A stretch of 64,000 nucleotides of DNA, taken from positions 1,344,001 through 1,408,000 of the forward strand of contig CAVQYR010000001.1 of assembly GCA_963718235.1 (NCBI GenBank), in the 5' to 3' direction. How positions within the stretch are numbered: position 1 is the stretch's first letter; every line of letters starts with the position of its first letter. The position numbers were made by a program, and so were the translations under genes. Below, one piece after another: positions 9,857 to 17,740 of this stretch. The notes under the pieces are model-generated. The model was not told where the DNA came from. It saw nothing but the letters and a program-made list of their open reading frames with translations, and ran no database searches. This DNA is from an uncultured Actinomycetota bacterium. GTDB taxonomy: Bacteria; Actinomycetota; Actinomycetes; JAHEKZ01.

Positions 9857-11124
9857 TGGACGCTCCGGAACACCAGGGCGACGTTGTGGCCACCGAAGCC
9901 GAAGGAGTTGTTCAGCGCCGCGATCGAGCCGCTGGGCAGTGCGCGCGGCTCGCCGGTGACGATGTCGAGGTCGACCTCGTCGTCGAGGTCCTCCAGGTTG
10001 ATCGTCGGCGGGACCTTGCGGTCGTACAGGGCCAAGATCGTGGCGAGCGACTCGACGGCGCCGGCCGCGCCCAGCAGGTGGCCGGTCATCGACTTGGTGG
10101 AGGTCAGCGCGGCCGACCCCGCGGCGTCGCCCAACGCTGCCTTGATCGCCTTGATCTCGGCCAGGTCGCCCTGCGGGGTCGAGGTGCCGTGCGCGTTGAC
10201 GTGCACGATGTCCTGCGGCGAGGCGCCTGCGTCGTCCAGCGCTGCCTGCATCGCCCGGGTTGCGCCTTGACCGGTGGGGTCGGGCTGGGCGATGTGGTGT
10301 CCGTCGGACGTGAGGCCGGCACCGGCCACCTCGGCGTAGATGCGTGCCCCGCGGGCCTGGGCGTGCGCCTCGGACTCCAGGACCAGGGCAGCAGCGCCCT
10401 CGCCGAAGACGAAGCCGTCGCGGCCCTTGTCCCACGGTCGCGAGGCCCGCTCGGGCTCGTCGTTTCGCTTGCTCAGCGCCATCATCGCGCTGAAGGCGGC
10501 CAGCGGCAGGGGGTGGATGCAGGCCTCCGTGCCGCCGACCATCACGACGTCGGCGCGTCCGGAGCGGATCATCTGCAGGCCCTGTGCGACGGCCTCGGCG
10601 CCGGAGGCGCAGGCCGACACGGGGGTGTGGACGCCGGCCTTGGCCCCGATGTCGAGGCCGACGACGGCGGCGGGGCCGTTGGGCATGAGCATGGGGATGG
10701 TGTGCGGGCTGACCCGGCGCGGGCCCTTCTCGCGCATGAGGTCCCACTGGTCGAGCAGGGTGACGGCTCCGCCGATGCCGGTGGCGAGCGCGACCCCCAA
10801 CCGCTCGGGGGCGACGTCGGGGGCACCCGCATCGGCCCATGCCTCGCGGGAGGCGATCAGGGCCAGCTGCTGGGTGCGGTCGAGCTTGCGGGCCTCGACC
10901 CGTTCCATGACCTCGCTGGGGTCGACGGCGACCTTGGCGGCGAACTGCACTGGCAGCTCCGACGCCCACTCCTCGGTCAAGGTGTGGACGCCGGAGCGAC
11001 CAGCCAGCAGTCCCGACCAGGTCGAGGCGACGTCGCCACCGACGGGTGTCGTCGCCCCGAGACCGGTGACGACGACCGTCGGCACATCGGTACGGTCCGT
11101 GACAGACCTGGTCGTGCCGGTCAT
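9853..11124 (-). CDS. fabF: Beta-ketoacyl-ACP synthase II
   Basis: VVVTGLGATTP, SACASG (active Cys), NAHGTSTPQGD, GHLLGAAG, NSFGFGGHN. Confidence 0.95.
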   Translation of the reverse strand: MTGTTRSVTDRTDVPTVVVTGLGATTPVGGDVASTWSGLLAGRSGVHTLTEEWASELPVQFAAKVAVDPSEVMERVEARKLDRTQQLALIASREAWADAGAPDVAPERLGVALATGIGGAVTLLDQWDLMREKGPRRVSPHTIPMLMPNGPAAVVGLDIGAKAGVHTPVSACASGAEAVAQGLQMIRSGRADVVMVGGTEACIHPLPLAAFSAMMALSKRNDEPERASRPWDKGRDGFVFGEGAAALVLESEAHAQARGARIYAEVAGAGLTSDGHHIAQPDPTGQGATRAMQAALDDAGASPQDIVHVNAHGTSTPQGDLAEIKAIKAALGDAAGSAALTSTKSMTGHLLGAAGAVESLATILALYDRKVPPTINLEDLDDEVDLDIVTGEPRALPSGSIAALNNSFGFGGHNVALVFRSVQ

Positions 11125-11128
11125 GGCG

Positions 11129-11374
11129 TCAGTTCCCCGCCTGCTGGATGTAGGTGACCGCGTCACCGACGGTGCGCAGGTTCTTGACGTCGTCGTCGGG
11201 GATCTTCACGCCGAACTTCTCCTCGGCGGCGACGACGACCTCGACCATGGACAGCGAGTCGATGTCCAGGTCGTCGGTGAACGACTTGTCGAGCTGCACG
11301 CTGTCGGCGGGGACGCCCGCGACCTCGTTGACGATCTCGGCGAGGCCGCTGAGGACCTCCTGCTGGTCTGCCAT
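11129..11374 (-). CDS. acpP: Acyl carrier protein
   Basis: DLDIDSLSMVEVV phosphopantetheine site; acidic ~81 aa; between fabH and fabF. Confidence 0.95.
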   Translation of the reverse strand: MADQQEVLSGLAEIVNEVAGVPADSVQLDKSFTDDLDIDSLSMVEVVVAAEEKFGVKIPDDDVKNLRTVGDAVTYIQQAGN

Positions 11375-11468
11375 GTTCACTGACTCCTTGCTGGGTTCTC
11401 TCCGGTGAGACGGAGGGTGGTTGGGTACCTCGGGTCGGGCCGTGGCGGCTCACCCGGTCGTGCGCGGG

Positions 11469-12473
11469 CTAGGGCAGGCTCACCACCTGCGCCGAGTACA
11501 CCAGACCGGCGCCGAACCCGATGAACAGGGCAAGGTCTCCGGACTTGGCCTCGCCCCGCTCGAGCATCCGCGAGACGGCGAGGGGGATCGAGGCCGCCGA
11601 GGTGTTCCCCGTGTCGGCGATGTCGCGGGCGACCGCGATCCGGTCGGGCAGCCCGAGCTTCTTGATCATGGCGTCGGTGATCCGCATGTTCGCCTGGTGC
11701 GGCACGAAGACGTCGAGGTCGTCGACGGTGACCCCGGCGGCCTCCAGCGCCTGGGTGGCCACCTTCGCCATCTCGAACACCGCCCAGCGGAACACCTGCT
11801 GGCCGGACATCTTGAGCTTGGGGAAGGCGTGCCCCGGCTCGTCGCGCAGCGTGGTCCAGAAGACGTCCTGCTCGATCGCGTCAGCCTGGGCGCCGTCGGA
11901 GCCCCAGACCACCGGGCCGATTCCGGGGGTGTCGGACGGTCCGACGACCGCCGCACCGGCACCGTCACCGAAGATGAACGCCGTGCCCCGGTCGGTGGGG
12001 TCGACCATGTCGGACAGCTTCTCGACGCCGAGCACCAGCACCAGTGAGGCGCTGCCGCCACGGATCATGTCGTCGGCGAGGGCCAGGCCGTAGCTGAACC
12101 CGGCGCACGCCGCGCTGATGTCGAAGGCCGCAGGGTCGGGGATGCCGAGCCGGTCGGCCAGGACCGCGGCAGCGGACGGGGTCTGGATCAGGTGGGTGAC
12201 CGTGCCGACAATGACCGCGTCGACCTGGTCGGGGGTGACCCCGGAGGCGGCGAAGGCCTTGGCTGCTGCTGCGGCGGACATCTCCACGACGCCCTCGTCC
12301 TCGGCGGCGAAGTGCCGGGTCACGATGCCGGAGCGCTCACGGATCCACTCGTCGGAGGAGTCGATGTGCTCGCAGATGTCGGCGTTGGTGACCACCCGGG
12401 CGGGTCGGTAGTCGCCGAAGCCGAGGATCCGGCTCGCGGGGGCGCCGGTGCGGGCCCGGATGACCCCGGTCAT
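11469..12473 (-). CDS. fabH: Beta-ketoacyl-ACP synthase III
   Basis: DSSDEWIRERSGI, AACAGF, PHQANMRI, GNTSAASIP, GFGAGL. Confidence 0.95.
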   Translation of the reverse strand: MTGVIRARTGAPASRILGFGDYRPARVVTNADICEHIDSSDEWIRERSGIVTRHFAAEDEGVVEMSAAAAAKAFAASGVTPDQVDAVIVGTVTHLIQTPSAAAVLADRLGIPDPAAFDISAACAGFSYGLALADDMIRGGSASLVLVLGVEKLSDMVDPTDRGTAFIFGDGAGAAVVGPSDTPGIGPVVWGSDGAQADAIEQDVFWTTLRDEPGHAFPKLKMSGQQVFRWAVFEMAKVATQALEAAGVTVDDLDVFVPHQANMRITDAMIKKLGLPDRIAVARDIADTGNTSAASIPLAVSRMLERGEAKSGDLALFIGFGAGLVYSAQVVSLP

Positions 12474-13654
12474 GAGCCGCCGCCGTGCGGGTGGAGCCGA
12501 ACCAGGGGCTGGCCCGGTGCCACCGGGTCGCCGTCCTCGACCAGCCACTCGACGACCGTGCCGCCGTGGGGTGCGGCGACCGGCTGCTCGTCGCGCAGGG
12601 TGATCACGGTGCCCAGGCTGTCACCGGGGGCGAGGCTCGCTCCGGTCGAGGCGCTGGAACGCTGGAACCGGCCCTTGGCCGGCGCGACGACCATCCGCCA
12701 GGACGGTGCCTGCGACAGCGGGCTGGGCGTTCCGTGCCGCTCGGCCAGGCTGCGGGCGGCCTCCAGGTCGTCGGGGGTCTTCAGTGCCACCACCTCGACG
12801 TCGGGCAGGGCGCGCTTGGCCAGGCCGGCGAGGGTGCCCGCCGGGGGCACCTCGATCAGACCGGTCACCCCGAGGTCGCGCATCGTGTTCATGCACTGGT
12901 CCCACCGCACGGGGTTGCTCACCTGCGCCACGAGGCGCCGCAGCATCTCCCGGCCGCTCTGCACCACCGAGCCGTCGGCGTTGCTGAGCAGGCGGGTCCG
13001 GGCGTCGTGGGTGGTGATCGAGCGGGCATACCCGGCCAGGACGTCGACGGCTGGCGCCATGTAGGGGGTGTGGAACGCACCGGCGACCGACAGCGGGCGC
13101 AGCCGGGCACCCTCCGGAGGGTCGGCGGCGAACGACTCGAGCGCCGCCATCGACCCGGCCGCCACGACCTGGCCCTCGGAGTTGACGTTGGCGGGGAACA
13201 ACCCGTGGGCGTCGATCGAGGCGAGGACCGCATCCGCCTGACCGCCGAGAACCGCGGTCATGCCCGTGGGCTCGAGAGCGGACGCCGCGGCCATCGCCTG
13301 ACCCCGGGCGCGGACGAACACCATGGCCTGCTCGGCGGAGATGATGCCGGCCGCGGCGGCAGCAGTGACCTCGCCGACCGAGTGGCCGGCACCGCAGCCG
13401 ACCACCTTGAACGCGTCCGCAGGGTGGGGGAACAGGGCGAGCAGGGACACCAGACCGGCCCCGACGAGCAGGGGCTGAGCGACCGCGGTGTCGCGGATCG
13501 TCTCGGCGTCGGCGTTGGTTCCGTAGTCGACCAGGTCCAGGCCGGCGCACGCGGACAGCCAGTGCATGCGGTCGGCGAAACCGGGCAGCTCGAGCCAGGG
13601 GGTGAGGAAGCCGGGGGTCTGGGCGCCCTGTCCGGGCGCGACGATGACGAGCAC
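12470..13654 (-). CDS. fabD: Malonyl-CoA:ACP transacylase with C-terminal biotinyl/lipoyl-like domain
   Basis: APGQGAQ, AGHSVGE, VAGAFHTPYM, PVRWD motifs, followed by ~75 extra residues VAPAKG...VAAPHGGTVVEWLVEDGDPVAPGQPLVRL. Confidence 0.92.
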   Translation of the reverse strand: MLVIVAPGQGAQTPGFLTPWLELPGFADRMHWLSACAGLDLVDYGTNADAETIRDTAVAQPLLVGAGLVSLLALFPHPADAFKVVGCGAGHSVGEVTAAAAAGIISAEQAMVFVRARGQAMAAASALEPTGMTAVLGGQADAVLASIDAHGLFPANVNSEGQVVAAGSMAALESFAADPPEGARLRPLSVAGAFHTPYMAPAVDVLAGYARSITTHDARTRLLSNADGSVVQSGREMLRRLVAQVSNPVRWDQCMNTMRDLGVTGLIEVPPAGTLAGLAKRALPDVEVVALKTPDDLEAARSLAERHGTPSPLSQAPSWRMVVAPAKGRFQRSSASTGASLAPGDSLGTVITLRDEQPVAAPHGGTVVEWLVEDGDPVAPGQPLVRLHPHGGGS

Positions 13655-13722
13655 GGTCGAGACTCTGCCGCACCCGCGGCTCCCGGGCCGGTACCGTCCA
13701 GCACGATGTTCGTCGGGTCGCT

Positions 13723-13739
13723 TTGGAGGTTTCCTACAA
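13723..13739. promoter_or_regulatory. Putative FasR/MabR binding site upstream of fabD
   Basis: Imperfect palindrome TTGT-N9-CCAA on the minus strand (ttgtaggaaacctccaa), right after the fasR stop, resembling the TTGT-N9-ACAA operators of FasR/MabR-type activators. Confidence 0.55.
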
Positions 13740-14918
13740 TCACGGGCGGTTCTGGTCATCCAACCGCCCCAGCGCGAGGGCCAGCCTCAGGACGAAGGCG
13801 TCGCGGGGCCTGGTCGGGGTGTAGCCGCAGACGTCGGCGATCCGACGCAGTCGGTAGCGCACGGTGTTCGGATGCACGAACAGGGCCCGGGCCGCCGCCT
13901 CGAGCGACCCGGCCCGCTCCAGGACCGCCACTGCCGTCTCCAGCAGGCCACCGCCGGCCGCGGCCAGCGGTGCGTACACCTCGCGCACCAGCTGGGCCCG
14001 AGCCGCCACGTCACCGTCGAGGGCGCGCTCGGGCAGCAGGTCGTCGGCGGCCACCGGTGAGGGGGCGTCGGGCCAGGCGGCGACCGCGCGGCGTCCGGCG
14101 AGCGCAGCCGCCGCCGAGCGCGGGACCTGGGTGAGGTCGTGGACGGTCGGGCCGACCACGATCGCTCCGGACCCGAAGGACGCACGCAGCCCGTCGGTCA
14201 GGGCCACCGCATCTCCTGAGCCGCCCAGGATCGCGACCAGGTCGCCCCCGTGGACGGCGGTGATGACGTCGAGGCCGGCATGCCGGCACGCCCGTCTCAG
14301 CTGGTCCACCACAGCCTCCGGCTCGCCGTCCGGCGTCGGCCCCACGGCCACGAACACCTGCTCGGAGGCGCCCCAGCCCAGAGCGGCAGCGCGGGAGCGC
14401 ACTGCGTCGTCGACCTCGTCCCGCAGCAGTGCGTCGGCCACCAGCGACTCCAGACGGGCGTCCCAGGCGCCGCGTGCCTCGGCGGCCTGGGCGTACACCT
14501 GGGCTGCAGCGAACGCGACCTCGCGGCTGTACCGCAGCACCGCATCGCGCAGCAGCTGCTCCTCACCGGGGAAGGCGATGCTGTCGGCCTGCTCCTCCAC
14601 CACGTCGATCGTGACCCGGACGAGGTCGACGGTCTGCTGCAAGGACACGACCCGGGTCAGCTCGCGCGGGGCCGTGCCGAACACCTCGGCGGTGATCGTG
14701 CGGGCCGACGCCGGCCGGCGGGCCCAGTCGACGAAGGCCGAGATGCCGGCCTGAGCGACCAAGGTGATCCAGGACCGGTCGGCAGGGGCCAGATCGGAGA
14801 ACCATGGCAGTGACTCCTCCATGCGGGCCTGTACCGCGGAGGCGAGCTGGCCCGACGCGGCCTCCAGCCGCTGCACGGTGGCAGCCATGGGAGCAGCCAT
14901 GGACGTGGACGACGGCAT
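13740..14918 (-). CDS. fasR: PucR-family fatty-acid biosynthesis regulator FasR/MabR
   Basis: RYSREVAFAAAQVYAQAAEARGAWDARLE and HTH ARALFVHPNTVRYRLRRI; directly upstream of fabD. Confidence 0.92.
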   Translation of the reverse strand: MPSSTSMAAPMAATVQRLEAASGQLASAVQARMEESLPWFSDLAPADRSWITLVAQAGISAFVDWARRPASARTITAEVFGTAPRELTRVVSLQQTVDLVRVTIDVVEEQADSIAFPGEEQLLRDAVLRYSREVAFAAAQVYAQAAEARGAWDARLESLVADALLRDEVDDAVRSRAAALGWGASEQVFVAVGPTPDGEPEAVVDQLRRACRHAGLDVITAVHGGDLVAILGGSGDAVALTDGLRASFGSGAIVVGPTVHDLTQVPRSAAAALAGRRAVAAWPDAPSPVAADDLLPERALDGDVAARAQLVREVYAPLAAAGGGLLETAVAVLERAGSLEAAARALFVHPNTVRYRLRRIADVCGYTPTRPRDAFVLRLALALGRLDDQNRP

Positions 14919-15067
14919 GGCCCTCAGGGTAGGCGTTCGCCGACCGGGGGTTGTGGCGGTCCCACAACCGCCCCGAGCGCCCCCATGGTTCGGCGGCGCG
15001 CGACGCGACTCGTGGTGGCCGGTCGCCGCCCAGTGCCGACCGACTGGAAACTGGGGGACGAAAGTCC

Positions 15068-15114
15068 TGGACAAACACAGAACGCGTTTGGGTACGTTGC
15101 GAAGGTCGACCTTC
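15068..15114 (+). promoter_or_regulatory. Candidate promoter/operator of the hydrogenase operon
   Basis: TGGACA-N19-TACGTT; imperfect inverted repeat caaacac/gcgtttg (15072-15090); perfect 14-bp palindrome gaaggtcgaccttc (15101-15114). Confidence 0.35.
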
Positions 15115-15130
15115 CACCCCGGGGGTGTGC

Positions 15131-15661
15131 ATGTCCGTCACCAGCGAATCGCCCGCCAGTCCACCTCCCGCGTACTCCGACGACGCACTGGCAGCGGCTC
15201 TGGCCGACCCCCAGGTCCGGGCGTCCCTGGCCGTTCTGGCGCAGAACGCACCGACGCTCGCTTTCCTGGTGACCGCGGCCAACGAGCTGCTCGGACGCAG
15301 CCGCGACATCGTCGACAACATCCAGGGCCGGATCGAGATGGTCCGCGACGGTGTGTCGGAGGCGGACAGCAGCCAGCTCGACCAGTACACGCAGCTGCTC
15401 AAGTCGTTCGGTGACGCGTCGCCCTCGGTCCAGGCCTTCCTGCAGTCGCCGGTGCTGCAGCCGGAGGTCGTCGACGTGATCGGCCGACTCGGCCAGGCGG
15501 CGGTCGAGGCAGACCAGGCGACGAGGGGCAGGTCCGAGCGGGTCAGCCCCTGGCGGCTGTGGCGTGAGCTGCGCAGAGATCCGCACGCCGGCACCACGCT
15601 CGCGTTCGGCCTGGCGTTCGCCAAGTCGTTCGGTCGGCACCAGTCGCGCGGCGACGCGTAG
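15131..15661 (+). CDS. hucM: DUF1641-like helical protein, probable HucM (membrane-associated stalk subunit of Huc hydrogenase)
   Basis: First gene of the group 2a cluster; all-helical 176 aa; N-terminal LADPQVRASLAVL and amphipathic C-terminal WRELRRDPHAGTTLAFGLAFAKSFG resemble DUF1641/HucM as recalled. Confidence 0.65.
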   Translation: MSVTSESPASPPPAYSDDALAAALADPQVRASLAVLAQNAPTLAFLVTAANELLGRSRDIVDNIQGRIEMVRDGVSEADSSQLDQYTQLLKSFGDASPSVQAFLQSPVLQPEVVDVIGRLGQAAVEADQATRGRSERVSPWRLWRELRRDPHAGTTLAFGLAFAKSFGRHQSRGDA

Positions 15662-15670
15662 GCCGATCGC

Positions 15671-16045
15671 ATGCACGAGCTCTCCGTCGCGCGCTCCCTG
15701 GTGAATGCGTCGCTCCAGGCGCTGGCCGAACGCGACGAGAGCAGGGCGGTTGCCGTCCAGGAGGTCCACCTCAGGCTCGGAGTGCTGTCTGGCGTGGTCC
15801 GCAGCAGTCTGGAGTTCGCCTACGACCTGGCAGTCGACGGAACCCCCTTGGCCGGATCGAGCCTCGTGGTGCACGAGGTGCCCGTCTCGGTCTACTGCCC
15901 CAGATGCGCCGCTGTCGTCGAGCTGCCCGGCACGACCAGCTTCGTCTGTCCTGGCTGCGGTACACCCACGGGCGACCTGCGTGGCGGCCGTGAGGTCGAG
16001 CTGGTCCGTCTGGTGCTCCTCGATGTGGTCGAGGAGGTGGCGTGA
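15671..16045 (+). CDS. hypA: Hydrogenase nickel metallochaperone HypA
   Basis: MHELS N-terminus; CPRC and CPGC zinc motifs; GGRE. Confidence 0.95.
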   Translation: MHELSVARSLVNASLQALAERDESRAVAVQEVHLRLGVLSGVVRSSLEFAYDLAVDGTPLAGSSLVVHEVPVSVYCPRCAAVVELPGTTSFVCPGCGTPTGDLRGGREVELVRLVLLDVVEEVA

Positions 16046-16719
16046 TGGCCGCGCCCCGCATCGTCGACCTCCGGCGCGGGGTGCTGGAGAAGAACGACGT
16101 CCTGGCTGCCGAGCTGCGGGACCGCTACCGGCACGCCGAGGTGCGGGTGTCCAACTGGGTGTCCAGCCCCGGCTCGGGCAAGACGGCGCTCCTGGTGCGG
16201 GTCCTTGCCGAGGCGAGAACCCGCGGCGTGACCGTCGCCGCCCTCGTCGGTGACTGCGCCAGTGACAATGACGCACAGCGCCTGGCAACGACCGGGGTCC
16301 CGGTTCGCCAGATCGTCACCGAGGGTCTGTGCCATCTGGAGGCCGACCTCGTGGGAAAGCACCTCGACGGCTGGGAGCTCGCCTCGCTCGACCTGCTCGT
16401 CATCGAGAACGTCGGCAACCTCGTGTGTCCCACGGCGTACGACCTCGGTGAGGACGTGCGGATCGCCCTGCTCTCGGTCACCGAGGGCGAGGACAAGCCG
16501 GTGAAGTACCCACAGCTGTTCAGCTCGGCCGACCTCGTCGTGATCACCAAGATCGACCTGGCCGAGGCCGTGGAGTTCGACGAGGCAGCGGCGTTGGCGG
16601 CCGTCGCCTCGGTCAACCCGTCCGTCCCTGTCCTTTCGACGTCCGCACGAACCGGTGCCGGCGTCGACGACCTGATCGATCACCTGCTGGGTGCACCCGC
16701 CCCCGGCGAAGGCTCCTGA
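16045..16719 (+). CDS. hypB: Hydrogenase nickel incorporation GTPase HypB
   Basis: SSPGSGKT, LCHLEA, IENVGNLVCP, EGEDKPVKYP, TKIDL. Confidence 0.95.
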   Translation: MAAPRIVDLRRGVLEKNDVLAAELRDRYRHAEVRVSNWVSSPGSGKTALLVRVLAEARTRGVTVAALVGDCASDNDAQRLATTGVPVRQIVTEGLCHLEADLVGKHLDGWELASLDLLVIENVGNLVCPTAYDLGEDVRIALLSVTEGEDKPVKYPQLFSSADLVVITKIDLAEAVEFDEAAALAAVASVNPSVPVLSTSARTGAGVDDLIDHLLGAPAPGEGS

Positions 16720-16734
16720 ACTCGGAGGTTCGAC

Positions 16735-17709
16735 ATGGCTTCGGTGCTGTGGTTCCAGGGCGGCGCGTGCAGCGGCAACACGATGTCGTTCATCAACGCG
16801 TCCGAGCCGAGTGTCGTCGACCTCATCGTCGACTTCGGACTCGAGATCGTCTACCACCCCACGCTCAGCATGGAGATCGGCCAGCAGGCGCAGGACCTGT
16901 TCTGGCAGTACGCCCGGGGCGAGAAGACCATCGACATCTTCGTCTACGAGGGCACGGTCATCACCGAGCCCAACGGCAGCGGCCGCATGGACATGTTCGC
17001 CGGACGCCCGATGAAGGACTGGGTCGACGACATCGCGCCCAAGGCAGGAATCGTGGTGGCCATTGGTGACTGCGCCACCTACGGCGGGCTCCCCGCAGTG
17101 CCGCCCAACCCGAGCGGGTCTCGCGGACTCCAGTACGACCGCGGCGGCAAGCGAGGCGGGTACCTGGGCCCGGACTTCACGAGCACGCTCGGACTTCCGG
17201 TGGTGAACATCCCTGGCTGCCCCGCTCATCCCGACTGGATCAGCCAGATCCTCGTGGCTCTGGCGGCCGGGCGGGTCAGCGACATCGCGTTGGACGAGCT
17301 GCAGCGTCCGAGCACGTTCTTCACCACGTTCACCCAGACCGGTTGCACGCGCGTGCAGTACTTCATGTTCAAGCAGGACCCACCGGAGTTCGGACAAGGC
17401 ACCCGCCGGGGCTGCCTGTACTACGAGTTCGGCTGCAGGGGCCCGATGACCCACTCGCCGTGCAACAAGATCCTGTGGAACCGGCAGTCGTCGAAGACCC
17501 GGGCAGGCATGCCGTGCACGGGGTGCACCGAGCCGGGCTACCCGCACGGCGACCTCGAGGTGGGCACGGTGTTCAAGACCCAGAAGGTCGCAGGTGTCAT
17601 CCCGAAGGAGGAGCCACAGGGCATGGACGCCCTCAGCTACATGGCACTTGCGGGGGTCGCCTCGGCCGTCGCACCCGACTGGTCCAAGAAGGACATGTTC
17701 GTCGTCTGA
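16735..17709 (+). CDS. hucS: Group 2a [NiFe]-hydrogenase small subunit (HucS/HupS-like)
   Basis: No Tat signal; WFQGGACSGNTMS (Asn replaces the second Cys), GDCA, PGCPAHPDW, FTQTGCTR (Gln replaces the distal His), GCRGPMTHSPCN, RAGMPCTGCTEP. Confidence 0.95.
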   Translation: MASVLWFQGGACSGNTMSFINASEPSVVDLIVDFGLEIVYHPTLSMEIGQQAQDLFWQYARGEKTIDIFVYEGTVITEPNGSGRMDMFAGRPMKDWVDDIAPKAGIVVAIGDCATYGGLPAVPPNPSGSRGLQYDRGGKRGGYLGPDFTSTLGLPVVNIPGCPAHPDWISQILVALAAGRVSDIALDELQRPSTFFTTFTQTGCTRVQYFMFKQDPPEFGQGTRRGCLYYEFGCRGPMTHSPCNKILWNRQSSKTRAGMPCTGCTEPGYPHGDLEVGTVFKTQKVAGVIPKEEPQGMDALSYMALAGVASAVAPDWSKKDMFVV

Positions 17710-17740
17710 CCATCCCGAGCGAGAAGAGAGTGAACCTGCC

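Noticed and set aside
8393-10969. 858-aa apparent extended carboxyltransferase
   Set aside because: The N-terminal 370 aa is an off-frame overlap with fabF; the real start is at 9856.
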